Shown here: positions 29,999 to 41,256 of the stretch, in pieces
Layout of the letters: each line of letters opens with the position of its first letter
Numbering within the stretch: the stretch's first letter is position 1
DNA from: Tolypothrix carrinoi HA7290-LM1
Lineage (GTDB): Bacteria; Cyanobacteriota; Cyanobacteriia; Cyanobacteriales; Nostocaceae
Reading direction: 5' to 3'
DNA length: 64,000 bases
NCBI GenBank assembly: GCA_019358935.1
Contig: JAHHIK010000023.1
Coordinates: forward strand, 20,001-84,000
Notes under the pieces: generated by a model
Told to the model about the DNA's origin: nothing
The model's database searches: none
The model's input: the letters and a program-made list of their open reading frames with translations, nothing else
Position numbers and translations under genes: made by a program

Positions 29999-30230
29999 TC
30001 AGCAATTAATCGCTTCCTCGTTTCCAGTCTGAGACTGGGAACGAGTCTGATGCAAAGTTAAAAAACTTAATATATAAATTTACTCCAGACCATTCATAAA
30101 TAATTATCTATATATATTGATGAAAAAGAATAAAAAGAAGCCCAAAATCATTCACTCATAGTATAAAAATAATAATTATCATAAATATAAAGCTATATAT
30201 TCAAGTTTTATCCGGCATTTGCGACTGAAC

Positions 30231-30248
30231 TATAAGTTTTTACTTATA
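30231..30248. promoter_or_regulatory. Palindromic operator candidate (LysR/CmpR-type) upstream of cmpA
   Basis: TATAAG-N6-CTTATA about 300 bp upstream of cmpA; cmp operons are known to be CmpR-regulated. Confidence 0.35.
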
Positions 30249-30553
30249 GATCCAATATAATATTTTTTTAATAATTACAGTTTAAAAGATATCAATTTGC
30301 GATCAAAACCTGTAAACTGTTTTCAACAAGGTTAGCGATCCCAAAAGATCGCATCTATCTAAAGAACAGTAAATAAATTAACCACAGTTTCTCTTTAAGC
30401 AGTCGAACGAGTCTTTTCTACTGGAAAAGGCGCATATCTGCTTATTAGTTATAGCTGAAAATTGCCATTGCCAGCGCAAGAAACATTTCTATTGTTTCTC
30501 TGCTTAAATTGTCGTACTTAAAAACAAGAAAGTTCCCACTGAAGGAGATATAT

Positions 30554-31921
30554 ATGACAGATTTTTTTAATCAATTTACTCGTCGCAAATTTATATTAAC
30601 AGCCGGAGCCTCTGCGGGTGCTGTGTTCCTCAAAGGCTGTTTGGGAAATCCCCCGGCAAGCATTACAGGTAATAGCGTACAGGCACAGCCAGCGGTTCAA
30701 CCTGTTGCCAATTTAACTCCAGAACAAAGACCAGAAACGACTACAGTTAAGTTAGGATATATCCCAATTGTAGAGGCGGCTCCGTTAATTATTGCCAAAG
30801 AAAAAGGCTTTTTTGCGAAGTATGGCATGACCAATGTTAACCTTTCCAAACAAGCTTCTTGGGGTTCAGCGCGGGACAATATAGAAATTGGTTCTGCTGG
30901 TGGTGGGATTGATGGTGGACAATGGCAAATGCCAATGCCGCATTTAATTAGCGAAGGTTTAATTACCAAAGGCAATCAAAAAATTCCCATGTATGTGCTG
31001 TGTCAATTGATTACGCATGGAAATGGAATTGCGATCGCCAACAAGCACCTAGGCAAAAATATTAGTTTGCAACTTGCCGGCGCTAAGTCTTTATTTACAC
31101 AACTCAAATCTTCAACACCTTTTACCGCTGCATTCACCTTTCCCCATGTCAACCAGGATTTGTGGATTCGATATTGGTTAGCTGCCGGCGGTTTAGATCC
31201 GGATGCAGATGTCAAATTGCTGACAGTACCGGCAGCGCAAACTGTCGCCAACATGAAGACTGGAACGATGGATGCCTTTAGTACCGGCGATCCTTGGCCC
31301 AATCGTCTTGTGAAAGACAAAATTGGCTACATGGCAGCATTAACCGCAGAAATTTGGAAGAATCACCCCGAAGAATACTTTGCCATGAAAGCTGATTGGG
31401 TTGACAAAAATCCTAAAGCAACCAAAGCAATTTTAAAAGGAATTATGGCGGCTCAACAATGGTTAGATAATTTTGATAACCGGAAAGAAGCGGCTCAAAT
31501 TCTCGCTGGTAGAAATTATTTTAATCTTCCTGCGGAAGTTTTGATTGAACCATTCCAAGGTAAGTATGACATGGGTGATGGTCGCAAAATTGATGATAAA
31601 TCTATGGCGGCTTATTACTGGAAAGATGGAAAAGGTAGTGTTTCTTATCCTTACAAGAGTCATGATTTGTGGTTCATAGTTGAAAATGTTCGCTGGGGAT
31701 TTTTGCCGAAAGAATACTTGACTAATGCTAAAGCATTAATCGATAAAGTTAACCGCGAAGATATTTGGAAAGAAGCTGCGAAAGAAGCTGGAATTGCCGC
31801 TGCTGATATTCCGACAAGTACTTCGCGTGGGGTGGAAGAATTTTTTGATGGGGTTAAGTTTGACCCTGAGAAGCCAGAAGAATATCTCAGAAGTTTGAAG
31901 ATTAAGAAGGTTAGTGTTTAG
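30554..31921 (+). CDS. cmpA: Bicarbonate ABC transporter substrate-binding lipoprotein
   Basis: Tat-like RRKF plus LKGC lipobox; [14 protein letters not shown] (Cmp-type, not NrtA FPGGTH); AAGGAG RBS before ATG 30554. Confidence 0.88.
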   Translation: MTDFFNQFTRRKFILTAGASAGAVFLKGCLGNPPASITGNSVQAQPAVQPVANLTPEQRPETTTVKLGYIPIVEAAPLIIAKEKGFFAKYGMTNVNLSKQASWGSARDNIEIGSAGGGIDGGQWQMPMPHLISEGLITKGNQKIPMYVLCQLITHGNGIAIANKHLGKNISLQLAGAKSLFTQLKSSTPFTAAFTFPHVNQDLWIRYWLAAGGLDPDADVKLLTVPAAQTVANMKTGTMDAFSTGDPWPNRLVKDKIGYMAALTAEIWKNHPEEYFAMKADWVDKNPKATKAILKGIMAAQQWLDNFDNRKEAAQILAGRNYFNLPAEVLIEPFQGKYDMGDGRKIDDKSMAAYYWKDGKGSVSYPYKSHDLWFIVENVRWGFLPKEYLTNAKALIDKVNREDIWKEAAKEAGIAAADIPTSTSRGVEEFFDGVKFDPEKPEEYLRSLKIKKVSV

Positions 31922-32016
31922 GTAAATAAGCCGTCAGACTAAAGTCTGCGGCTATACAAACGAAGTCTGCCTACGCAGACTAGAAGAAAGAAATAAATTT
32001 TAGGAGAATACAGACA

Positions 32017-32856
32017 ATGACAATTGCTCAAAAACGTCCTGGTGGCGCTAGGTTGGATAATAGTTTTATTTCTCGGTTGAAGAAGCAGTTTCCTAATTTG
32101 ATTCCTCCGGCTATTGCGATCGCTATCTTTTTAATTCTTTGGCAATTATTTGCTTTCATTCCTGGCGCAACTCTACCAGGTCCGATACAGGTTGTACAAG
32201 ATACTTGGATATTGATATTTTGGCCCTTTTATGACAACGGTGGGATAGATAAGGGCTTGTTTTGGCAGATTTTAGCCAGTCTGAAAAGAGTTGCGATTAG
32301 CTATACTTTAGCGGCGATTGTTGGTATTGGCTTGGGCGTTTTGATCGGTGTGAATCAAACAATGTCCAAAGCTTTAGATCCTCTGTTTCAACTACTGCGG
32401 ACTGTACCACCTTTGGCTTGGGTGCCGATTTCCTTAGCAGCTTTGCGACAAAACGAACCCGCTGCTTTATTCGTAATTTTCATCACCGCAATTTGGCCCA
32501 TTTTAATTAACACTGCTGTCGGCGTAACTCAAATTCCCCAAGATTACAACAACGTCGCCAAAGTTTTGCAACTTAGCCGCAAAGAATATTTCACAAACAT
32601 TCTGATTCCGTCGGCTTTACCTTACATTTTCACCGGATTGAGAATTGCGATCGGTTTAGCTTGGTTGGCGATTATTGCCGCAGAAATCGTTATGTCCGGT
32701 ATTGTCGGCATTGGCTTTTTCATCTGGGATGCTTATCAAAATAACAACGTTAGTGAAGTTATTTTGGCTCTAGTTTACATCGGCGTTGTCGGTCTGCTGC
32801 TAGATAAACTCATGGGTTGGATTCAAAACAAGATTTTACCAGCAGAACAAAAGTAA
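32017..32856 (+). CDS. cmpB: Bicarbonate ABC transporter permease
   Basis: LRTVPPLAWVP, GLRIAIGLAWLAIIAAE. Confidence 0.88.
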   Translation: MTIAQKRPGGARLDNSFISRLKKQFPNLIPPAIAIAIFLILWQLFAFIPGATLPGPIQVVQDTWILIFWPFYDNGGIDKGLFWQILASLKRVAISYTLAAIVGIGLGVLIGVNQTMSKALDPLFQLLRTVPPLAWVPISLAALRQNEPAALFVIFITAIWPILINTAVGVTQIPQDYNNVAKVLQLSRKEYFTNILIPSALPYIFTGLRIAIGLAWLAIIAAEIVMSGIVGIGFFIWDAYQNNNVSEVILALVYIGVVGLLLDKLMGWIQNKILPAEQK

Positions 32857-33150
32857 GACAAGGAGACAAGGAGGACAAGGGGACAAGGGGACAAGGAGGA
32901 CAAGGAGACAAGGGGACAAGGAGGACAAGGAGGACAAGGAGGACAAGGAGGACAAGGAAGCAATTTTTCTTTATCTCCCCTTGTCTCCCCCCTCTCCCTT
33001 GTCTCCCCCCTCCCCCTTGTCTCCCCCCTCTCCCTTGTCTCCCCCCTCCCCCTTGTCTCCCCATTCCCCCTTGTCTCCCCCCTCCCCCTTGTCTCCCCCC
33101 TCCTCCCCACTCCCCATTCCCCATTCCCCATTCCCCATTCCCCATTCCCC
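32857..33150. repeat. Composite STRR array (GGACAAGGA)n / (CCCCTTGTCTCCCCCCT)n / (CCCCATT)n
   Basis: About 295 bp filling the cmpB-cmpC gap; the left and middle blocks are partly complementary. Confidence 0.9.
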
Positions 33151-33158
33151 AAACTGCC

Positions 33159-35162
33159 ATGTCTATCTTTGTTGCTGTTGACCAAATTGATAAGGTTTTT
33201 GAATTAACCGGCGGTGGTAAGTATATCGCCCTCAAAGGTATTAATCTGGAGATTAAAAAAGGTGAATTCGTTTCTCTAATTGGTCACTCCGGTTGCGGTA
33301 AATCGACTTTGTTAAATATGATTGCCGGTCTGGATTTGCCAAGTGAAGGTGTTGTGACTTTGGAAGGACAAAGAATCACCAAACCAGGTCCAGATAGAAT
33401 GGTGGTGTTTCAAAATTATTCGCTGTTACCTTGGCGGACGGTGAGAGAAAATATTACTCTTGCTGTAGATTCGGTGATGAAGGGTATGCCGGCAGGTGAA
33501 CGCAAAGCAATTGTCGAAAAACATATCGATATGGTGGGTTTGCGTCCCCATGCTGATAAACAACCGGGGATGTTATCGGGGGGACAAAAGCAACGGGTAG
33601 CGATCGCTCGCGCTTTGGCGATTCGTCCTAAGTTATTATTGCTAGATGAACCATTTGGTGCATTGGATGCACTCACACGCGGCAATTTGCAAGAACAATT
33701 AATGCAAATTTGTCAAGAAAATGAAGTTACTGCCGTGATGGTGACACACGATGTCGATGAGGCGGTGCTGTTGTCTGACAGAATTGTGATGTTGACCAAT
33801 GGACCCGAATCGAAAATTGGTGACATTCTGGAAGTCGATATTCCCAGACCCCGCAAGCGGATGGAAGTAGTGGAACATCCGAGTTACTACAGCTTGCGAA
33901 GTGAGATGATTTACTTCCTCAACCAGCAAAAACGCATCAAGAAAATTAGAGCGCGGAAAACTTCAGCGATCGCACGTCATGGCTTAGAAAAAGTTAACCT
34001 AGAAATTGGCTTTTTACCCTTGACAGCTTGCGCTCCTTTGGCGATCGCTAAAGAAAAAGGCTTCTTTGCCAAACATGGTTTAGATGAAGTTAGCCTCGTG
34101 CGTGAAAGCAGCTGGCGTGGTATCGTTGATGGCATGACCGGCGGTTATTTAGATGCGGCGCAAATGCCTTCAGGAATGCCGATGTGGTTGACTTTGGGAG
34201 GACATAACAACCAACCTTTGCCGGTAGTTACCGCCCTCACCATGACCCGCAACGGTAACGCCATCACCTTGGCGAGACGCTTCTATGAAGAAGGTGTGCA
34301 AAGCTTATCTGACTTCAAAAATTACCTGCTTCGCACCCGCGACTTACGCCACACAATGGGGGTAGTGCATCCCGCATCAATGCATAATTTGTTACTGCGC
34401 TACTGGCTAGCGGCTGGGGGAATTGACCCGGATTTAGACGTGGATATGAAGACTATCCCCCCAGCGCAGATGGTCGCTGACTTGAAAGCCTGCAGTATAG
34501 ATGGTTACTGCGTGGGTGAACCTTGGAACTATCGCGCTGCGGTCGAACAAATTGGCTTTACGATCGCTACCGACTTAGAAGTTTGGTGGGGACATCCTGG
34601 TAAAGTTCTCGGTGTGCGCGAAGATTGGGCAGAAACTTACCCTAACACCCACATCGCCTTAACCAAAGCTTTGCTAGAAGCTTGTTATTATTGTGCAATT
34701 CCGGAAAATGCTTTAGAGATTCGGCAAATTTTAGCACGACGGGAATACGTCAGCAACGATATCGAGTACATTCAAATCGAAGATCCGAATAGCGCCACTT
34801 GTAGCTTAGATTATCCGCTGCGCGATTATGCCCATCATCAATTTTACTCAGATTCTGCCATCAATCGTCCCAGTCGCACCGAGCAAATTTGGATCATGAG
34901 TCAATTAGCGCGTTGGGGTGATACTCCCTTTCCCAGAAATTGGGTGGAAGTTGTCGAAAGAGTCTGTCGAGTTCGCGTCTTCAGCACCGCTGCCCGCGAG
35001 TTAGGTTTAGATATTAGCTACACTCGTCAACCGATCCAACTGTTCGATGGAACTCCGTTTAATGCTGACGATCCGATCGCTTATCTCAACAGCTTGCACA
35101 TTAAACGTGATGTTTCTGTCGCTGAAGTAATTCTGGATACACCCACGAGAAGAGTAGCGTAG
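33159..35162 (+). CDS. cmpC: Bicarbonate ABC ATPase with C-terminal solute-binding-like domain
   Basis: True start MSIFVAVDQIDKVF at 33159; [17 protein letters not shown]; NrtA-like C-terminal domain. Confidence 0.9.
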   Translation: MSIFVAVDQIDKVFELTGGGKYIALKGINLEIKKGEFVSLIGHSGCGKSTLLNMIAGLDLPSEGVVTLEGQRITKPGPDRMVVFQNYSLLPWRTVRENITLAVDSVMKGMPAGERKAIVEKHIDMVGLRPHADKQPGMLSGGQKQRVAIARALAIRPKLLLLDEPFGALDALTRGNLQEQLMQICQENEVTAVMVTHDVDEAVLLSDRIVMLTNGPESKIGDILEVDIPRPRKRMEVVEHPSYYSLRSEMIYFLNQQKRIKKIRARKTSAIARHGLEKVNLEIGFLPLTACAPLAIAKEKGFFAKHGLDEVSLVRESSWRGIVDGMTGGYLDAAQMPSGMPMWLTLGGHNNQPLPVVTALTMTRNGNAITLARRFYEEGVQSLSDFKNYLLRTRDLRHTMGVVHPASMHNLLLRYWLAAGGIDPDLDVDMKTIPPAQMVADLKACSIDGYCVGEPWNYRAAVEQIGFTIATDLEVWWGHPGKVLGVREDWAETYPNTHIALTKALLEACYYCAIPENALEIRQILARREYVSNDIEYIQIEDPNSATCSLDYPLRDYAHHQFYSDSAINRPSRTEQIWIMSQLARWGDTPFPRNWVEVVERVCRVRVFSTAARELGLDISYTRQPIQLFDGTPFNADDPIAYLNSLHIKRDVSVAEVILDTPTRRVA

Positions 35163-35251
35163 CAGAAGAGGAGGGGGGGAGGGGGAGAGGGGGGGAGTGG
35201 GGGAGATGAGGGAATAACTAATATCAATTCTTTGTGATGTTGCGCTTTATT

Positions 35252-35375
35252 ACCCTCAGGCTAGAAGCCTGGGGCTATACGAACAAAGCCCACCTGCGTG
35301 GGCTGAAAACCTCGGTTTTTCGCAGTCCGCGCAGGCGGACTTGGTTCGTATAGCGGCACCCTTTAGGGTGTCGGT
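35252..35375. repeat. Composite palindromic small dispersed repeat
   Basis: Nested hairpins GCTATACGAAC...GTTCGTATAGC, AGCCCAC..GTGGGCT, AGTCCGC..GCGGACT; a related half copy lies at 31931-31981. Confidence 0.7.
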
Positions 35376-35394
35376 GAGGGGCGAAAACACTCCC

Positions 35395-35640
35395 TGAGCC
35401 TTTGAACCTCAACGATGAGCCTTTTATCCTCAACTTTGAGCCTTTAAACTCGAACGTTGACCTTCTGAACCTCAACGATGACCTTCTGAACCTCAACGAT
35501 GACCTTCTGAACCTCAACGATGACCTTCTGAACTCGAACGATGACCTTCTGAACCTCAACTTTGACCTTCTGAACCTCAACGATGACCTTCTCAACTCGA
35601 ACGATGACCTTCTGAACCTCAACGATGACCTTTTTAACTT
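35395..35640. repeat. 21-bp tandem repeat array, consensus TGACCTTCTGAACCTCAACGA, 11 full copies plus one partial
   Basis: Direct unit-by-unit parsing; no spacers. Confidence 0.92.
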
Positions 35641-35650
35641 CTAAAACACC

Positions 35651-36508
35651 ATGCAAAACCGCACTTTAAGAGCAACCAGCATCGGACAACCATTAGATAC
35701 TGAAATTAACAACCTCCGCAAGCCTTTTTTAGAAATTAAAGATGTTTCTAAAGTTTATCCGACCAAGAAAGGACCCTTCACCGTACTCGATGGTGTTAAC
35801 CTGAATGTCGGACAGGGTGAGTTTATTTGCGTCATCGGTCACTCTGGCTGTGGCAAATCGACACTATTAAATATGGTATCCGGTTTTAACTTTCCCAGTT
35901 CCGGACAAGTGCTGCTAGAAGGACTACCGATTACCAAACCGGGTCCCGATAGGATGGTTGTCTTCCAAAATTATGCCTTGCTACCTTGGCGGACTGCTTT
36001 TGAAAATATATACTTGGCTGTTAACGCGGTTTCTCCCAACAAACCCGAAGCCGAAAAAAGAGCGATCGTCCGCGATCATTTAGCGATGGTGGGACTAGCT
36101 GACGCGATGGACAAAAAACCACCGCAAATGTCTGGGGGTATGAGACAGCGGGTTTCTATCGCTCGTGCTTTGGCAATTCGTCCGAAAGTGTTAATTTTAG
36201 ATGAACCATTTGGGGCGTTAGATGCTATCACCAAAGAAGAATTACAAGAAGAATTGCTGAAAATCTGGGGTGATAACCGCTGTACAGTGTTGATGATTAC
36301 CCATGATATCGATGAAGCGCTCTTTTTAGCAGACAAATTGGTGATGATGACCAACGGTCCACATGCGAAAATTGGCGAAGTCATGTCTATTCCTTTTGCG
36401 CGTCCACGCGATCGCTCTCGCATTATGGAAGATCCCCAATATTATCAACTGCGTAACTATGCTTTAGACTTTCTCTTTAACCGCTTTGCCCATGATGATG
36501 TAGGTTAG
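35651..36508 (+). CDS. cmpD: Bicarbonate ABC ATPase
   Basis: GHSGCGKST, MSGGMRQR, C-terminal FLFNRFAHDD. Confidence 0.9.
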   Translation: MQNRTLRATSIGQPLDTEINNLRKPFLEIKDVSKVYPTKKGPFTVLDGVNLNVGQGEFICVIGHSGCGKSTLLNMVSGFNFPSSGQVLLEGLPITKPGPDRMVVFQNYALLPWRTAFENIYLAVNAVSPNKPEAEKRAIVRDHLAMVGLADAMDKKPPQMSGGMRQRVSIARALAIRPKVLILDEPFGALDAITKEELQEELLKIWGDNRCTVLMITHDIDEALFLADKLVMMTNGPHAKIGEVMSIPFARPRDRSRIMEDPQYYQLRNYALDFLFNRFAHDDVG

Positions 36509-36632
36509 CATCTTTCCCAAACGACGTAGGTTAGCACTTTTGACTTTTCACTCTTATGTGGAAGAGAAAAAGTTGTTCGCGGATTTTGTCCGCGAACAAA
36601 ACAAAGTTAACGCAACTTGTAGCCGAAATCTT

Positions 36633-37208
36633 TTAGACAAGTGCTTTTCTCATTTTCATCGCTATGCCCAAGCATATTGCCGTAAGAGTGCCGAGAATCG
36701 TAGCAGGTTCGGGTACCGGCTCGCTAGCAACACTACCACGCAATTGGAAATTTAAATCGTTATAACTTTGATCTCCTCCGTTTGGCAAATCTTCAAAGCT
36801 AACATTTATTACGCCAGGAGAAATTTCAGTTGTAATAGCATGTATGGTATTGTCTGGGTTACGAGATGCCAGACCTGTAAAATAAGTTTGTCCGGGATCT
36901 TGGACGTAGATCCCAAAAAGTAATTCCTCTAGAGATGGAAAACTCCCCAGATTCACAATTCTACCAACTTGTCGATTAGTACCGATAGGTGTGAAATTCC
37001 CATTTGGATTTAGTGAAGAGTATAAGCGCAATTCACTAGTATATGACGCAAATGGGTTGCCTTGTAAAATTTCTGCTTCTACATTTCCTCCTGTGGAAAA
37101 AATCCGCCCGCCTACATCTGCTGCTTGGGCAGAACTAACTGTACCTGCAACGAGAAATGCAGCGCCAACAGTCGCCATTGAAAAGCTTTTGAGGTATTTC
37201 GTTGTCAT
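36633..37208 (-). CDS. PEP-CTERM sorting-domain protein (DUF4114-like FEDL..GD..ND motif)
   Basis: Signal peptide AQA/AD; C-terminal PVPEPATILG, TM helix, KMRK. Confidence 0.85.
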   Translation of the reverse strand: MTTKYLKSFSMATVGAAFLVAGTVSSAQAADVGGRIFSTGGNVEAEILQGNPFASYTSELRLYSSLNPNGNFTPIGTNRQVGRIVNLGSFPSLEELLFGIYVQDPGQTYFTGLASRNPDNTIHAITTEISPGVINVSFEDLPNGGDQSYNDLNFQLRGSVASEPVPEPATILGTLTAICLGIAMKMRKALV

Positions 37209-37501
37209 TGATTATTTACCGGAAGATTTTGGTGGTGGTTAATTGAAAACCTTATTTGGAGCTGCACCTGTTAATATAAATAGCACACTGAAAGATTATG
37301 TAAAGTCTTTTTTTGTAGTGAGGACTGAAGTCCTCATCAATCAAGCAAAAAACTAAAGTCCTTACTACGAGTCTTTCACTCCCCCTTCCCCCCCTCCCCC
37401 TCTCCCCCCCTCCTCCCAATAATCTTTTTTATCTACGTACCAGCATTTTGATAAGTTAGTACATGAGTTAAAAATAATTACGTTGCAAAAAAGGGGTTAC
37501 G

Positions 37502-38692
37502 TTGAGTTACCATCCAGATACCATTGCTCCCCACGGTGGACAGTTGGTGAATCGCATTGCTACCGCAGAACAAAGAGAGGAATTTCTCTCGAAAGCTGAT
37601 GTTTTGCCGCAAGTGCAGCTTGATGAGCGAGCTGTTTCTGATTTAGAAATGATCGCGATCGGCGGTTTTAGTCCTCTGACGGGTTTTATGAATCAAGAAG
37701 ACTACGATCGCGTTGTCACTCAAATGCGTCTCGCTAACGGTGTTGTGTGGTCAATTCCGATTACACTGTCGGTCAGCGAAGAAATTGCTGACCGACTTAC
37801 CGAAGGCAACTTGATCCGCTTGGATAACCCCGCAGGTGAGTTTATCGGGGTTTTGCAACTGACGCAAAAGTACCGCTACGACAAAAACAAAGAAGCAATT
37901 AATGTTTACCGCACCGATGATATCAACCATCCGGGGGTGCAAGTACTGTACAACCAAGGTTCTGTACATCTTGCCGGCGACATCTGGCTATTGCAACGCA
38001 AACCCCATCCCCAGTTTCCCACCTACCAAATCGATCCAGCCGAATCACGAGAGATGTTTAAAGTCAATGGCTGGAAAACAATTGTTGGTTTTCAAACCCG
38101 CAACCCGATCCACCGCGCTCATGAATATATCCAAAAGTGCGCTTTGGAAACAGTGGATGCTTTATTTTTGCATCCTTTGGTCGGAGCGACAAAAGATGAT
38201 GACATTGCCGCTGATGTGCGGATGCGCTGTTATGAAATTTTGCTGGATCACTACTATCCCCGCGATCGCGTGATTTTAGCAATCAATCCCGCAGCGATGC
38301 GTTATGCAGGTCCGCGTGAAGCGATTTTTCATGCTTTAGTCCGCAAAAACTACGGCTGCACTCACTTTATCGTCGGACGAGATCATGCTGGTGTGGGTAA
38401 CTACTACGGCACATACGATGCTCAACATATCTTTGATGAGTTCGATCCCAGTGAATTAGGGATTATACCGATGAAGTTTGAACACGCTTTCTATTGTACG
38501 CGCACCAAGCAAATGGCGACGACGAAAACCAGTCCCAGCAAACCAGAAGAACGGATTCACCTGTCGGGAACAAAAGTACGGGAAATGCTAAGACGAGGTG
38601 AATCACCTCCACCAGAATTTTCTCGTCCGGAAGTAGCAGCAGAATTGACACGGGCAATGCGCGTGGAAGATAGCTGGTATATGCACATATAG
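37502..38692 (+). CDS. sat: Sulfate adenylyltransferase (ATP sulfurylase)
   Basis: [36 protein letters not shown]. Confidence 0.97.
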   Translation: MSYHPDTIAPHGGQLVNRIATAEQREEFLSKADVLPQVQLDERAVSDLEMIAIGGFSPLTGFMNQEDYDRVVTQMRLANGVVWSIPITLSVSEEIADRLTEGNLIRLDNPAGEFIGVLQLTQKYRYDKNKEAINVYRTDDINHPGVQVLYNQGSVHLAGDIWLLQRKPHPQFPTYQIDPAESREMFKVNGWKTIVGFQTRNPIHRAHEYIQKCALETVDALFLHPLVGATKDDDIAADVRMRCYEILLDHYYPRDRVILAINPAAMRYAGPREAIFHALVRKNYGCTHFIVGRDHAGVGNYYGTYDAQHIFDEFDPSELGIIPMKFEHAFYCTRTKQMATTKTSPSKPEERIHLSGTKVREMLRRGESPPPEFSRPEVAAELTRAMRVEDSWYMHI

Positions 38693-38803
38693 TAAACTAA
38701 ACTTGTACAAGTTTTTCTTTACCCTACAGACTTCAGCCCTTTAAGCTGATAGCTGATGTTCCGTAGACTCGAAGTGGCTTTCAGTAGGGTAGGTTAATAA
38801 ATA

Positions 38804-40972
38804 ATGATGAAGCGACGAACGTTTTTACAACGGATTGGCTTTATACTCGCAGCGTTGGGAGTGACTGAGGCTGGGTGGTTGTCCTTAGGTAATCGCTATT
38901 ACCAAGCTTTGGCACAACCCAGCCCGCGTAAAGTGGCATTATTGATCGGTATCAATAAATATCCCCAAAATTTAGCACTTGGGGGCTGTTTAACTGATGT
39001 CGAACTGCAAAAGGAACTTTTGATTTACCGCTTTGGCTTTCAAGAGTCAGATATTTTGACTTTGACTGATGAACAAGCTACCAGAGAAAAAATTGAAAAT
39101 GCTTTTTTAGACCATCTGGTTCAAGATGCTAAACCATCGGATGTGGTTGTCTTCCACTTTAGCGGTTATGGCAGCCGCATTAAATTAAACGCAGCAGAAG
39201 AATCCCTGGTAAACACTCTCATTCCCTTTGATGGAACTTACATATCAGAAAACAGTCCAACAGTCAATTGTTTATTAGAAGAAACATTGATGTTATTGTG
39301 GCGACAGCTGACCGCACGAGTAACAGCAATACTCGATACAAGCTATCATGCGCCATTAATCGCTTGTTCAACAGCTTCTTTAATTCGCGCCTACCAAATG
39401 CCGGCAGAAGCCGAATTCGCAACAGCAGAACTCGACTTTCAAAAAGAACTTAAAAGCAAAAGTATAAGCGATCGCCCGACACCGCTGCTGCTATCTGCCA
39501 CCTCGAACCCCAAAGAGTTGGCCAGGGAAATACTATTATCTGGTTTCAGCGTAGGATTATTTACCTACGCCTTGACGCAGTATTTGTGGGAAGCAACTCC
39601 AGTAACGACAATTATTCACACTTTGTCGCAAGTGGGAAGTTCGATACGCCAACTGGATGGTAAACAGCAGCCAGCATTATTAAATAGCAAAGAAAATCAA
39701 TCAACGTTACTGAGCGATAATTTTGTTACAGAAAGCATCATTGGTGCCCAAGGAGTAATTACAGCAACAGAAGAGGATGGTAAAACAGTCCAAGTGTGGT
39801 TAGGCGGAATACCTTTACAAGTGCTGGAGTATTATGGAGTAAATTCGCGACTGAGTTTAGTGAGCGAAGATGCAAATATACAAATTGTATTGCGATCGCG
39901 TAACGGATTAACCGCAAAAGCGCAAATCTCCGACGAAACTAAAAGTGCAACTCCGATTAAAGTCGGGCAATTAGTTCAAGAACAAAAGCGAGTTTTACCC
40001 AAAAATATTAACTTAAGCGTTGCTCTGGGTACTAAACTAGAAAGAATTGAGCGCGTAGATGCTACCAGTGGTTTTGCGACGATTTCTCGCGTATCTAGTG
40101 TAATTGCAGGAGAACAACCAGCCGATTATGTATTTGGGAAATTACCAGAAACAAAAATTCCCGATTCACCAGCATCTCCCAGTCGCTACGGTTTATTTTC
40201 TCTCTCCTGCGAATTGATTCCCAACACCGCAGGAGAAGATGGAGAAGCAGCGAAAGTTGCAGTACAACGCTTAGAACGAAGATTGCAAACTTTGCTAGCG
40301 GCGAAATTATGGCGACTGACAGAAAATGAAGGTTCTTCTCGCTTGGCACTCAAAGCTAGTTTAGAGATAATTAGCGGTATTACGCCTCGCGTAGTCATGC
40401 AACGCGAAACAGTGCGAGTAACTGCACAATCGAGTAAGAAATTACTCAGCAGCGAAGCCGGATATGTTCCCACGGTACCGATAGGTAGCCGGATGCAATA
40501 CCGCGTGGAAAATTTGAGCGATCGCCCGATATATTTGATGCTGCTAGGATTAAATAGTAGTAGAACAGCGATCGCATTTTACCCCACTTCCCGCAGTCAA
40601 GAACTTAACGCCGAAACAAAACCACCCCTGAAAGAAGTCGTCATCGCCCCTGGTGAAATTATCACCTTACCAAAAAGTGCCACTGATTCTGAATGGGTGA
40701 TTCCCGGTTCCGCTGATGAATACGAACACCAAGTAATTTTTAGCACCGCACCCTTCACCCAAACCCTCGCTGCCGTTCAAGCTGCTAAATATTCCACCGC
40801 AGATAAACAACCGATTATCGAATTGTCGAAACCCTTAGAAGTAGCCCAAGCCCTTTTGCAAGACTTGCACAACGCCAGCGCAGCGAGGGAGACAACCAGC
40901 CAAAGTAGCGATTTTTACGCCTTTGATGTGAATAATTGGGCAAGTCTTAGCTTTATTTTTCAAGTGGTTTAA
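38804..40972 (+). CDS. Tat-exported caspase-family (C14) protein with substituted catalytic dyad (pseudo-orthocaspase)
   Basis: KRRTFL Tat motif; ALLIGINKY, LGGCLTDV; HFSGYG and LDTSY in place of the H/C dyad. Confidence 0.85.
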   Translation: MMKRRTFLQRIGFILAALGVTEAGWLSLGNRYYQALAQPSPRKVALLIGINKYPQNLALGGCLTDVELQKELLIYRFGFQESDILTLTDEQATREKIENAFLDHLVQDAKPSDVVVFHFSGYGSRIKLNAAEESLVNTLIPFDGTYISENSPTVNCLLEETLMLLWRQLTARVTAILDTSYHAPLIACSTASLIRAYQMPAEAEFATAELDFQKELKSKSISDRPTPLLLSATSNPKELAREILLSGFSVGLFTYALTQYLWEATPVTTIIHTLSQVGSSIRQLDGKQQPALLNSKENQSTLLSDNFVTESIIGAQGVITATEEDGKTVQVWLGGIPLQVLEYYGVNSRLSLVSEDANIQIVLRSRNGLTAKAQISDETKSATPIKVGQLVQEQKRVLPKNINLSVALGTKLERIERVDATSGFATISRVSSVIAGEQPADYVFGKLPETKIPDSPASPSRYGLFSLSCELIPNTAGEDGEAAKVAVQRLERRLQTLLAAKLWRLTENEGSSRLALKASLEIISGITPRVVMQRETVRVTAQSSKKLLSSEAGYVPTVPIGSRMQYRVENLSDRPIYLMLLGLNSSRTAIAFYPTSRSQELNAETKPPLKEVVIAPGEIITLPKSATDSEWVIPGSADEYEHQVIFSTAPFTQTLAAVQAAKYSTADKQPIIELSKPLEVAQALLQDLHNASAARETTSQSSDFYAFDVNNWASLSFIFQVV

Positions 40973-41069
40973 TAAGGCGCGGTAGAGACGTGACGGCGGA
41001 ACGTCTGTACTAAAGTTAGGAGTCAGGAGTCATAAAGCACGTATACCCCATTGGTGACAAGTTAAGCCT

Positions 41070-41168
41070 GTAATATCAAATCCGGTTAAACAACCACACT
41101 AAAAATAAGCTACAACCCCCTGTGTTACTTGATTGAAACTATGTGCAATCAGCCGGATTTGATATTAC
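41070..41168. mobile_element. 99-bp MITE-like element with 16-bp perfect terminal IR
   Basis: GTAATATCAAATCCGG ... CCGGATTTGATATTAC. Confidence 0.65.
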
Positions 41169-41256
41169 TTGGTTTGCAAATAAACTATGGTTGTGGCGAT
41201 TTTAATAAGTCAATAATCAAAGATAAATTCGACACAAAAATTTTAAATTTTTGCTA

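Noticed and set aside
32817..33158. Pro/Cys-rich N-terminal extension of the 781-aa CmpC ORF and overlapping ORFs
   Set aside because: Read-through of STRR repeats; the real protein starts at ATG 33159.
35395..35640. CRISPR array
   Set aside because: Units are contiguous with no unique spacers, and there are no cas genes in the window.
30554..36508. nrtABCD nitrate transporter assignment
   Set aside because: The binding protein has the Cmp-type NQD motif and no nirA/narB genes flank the operon.
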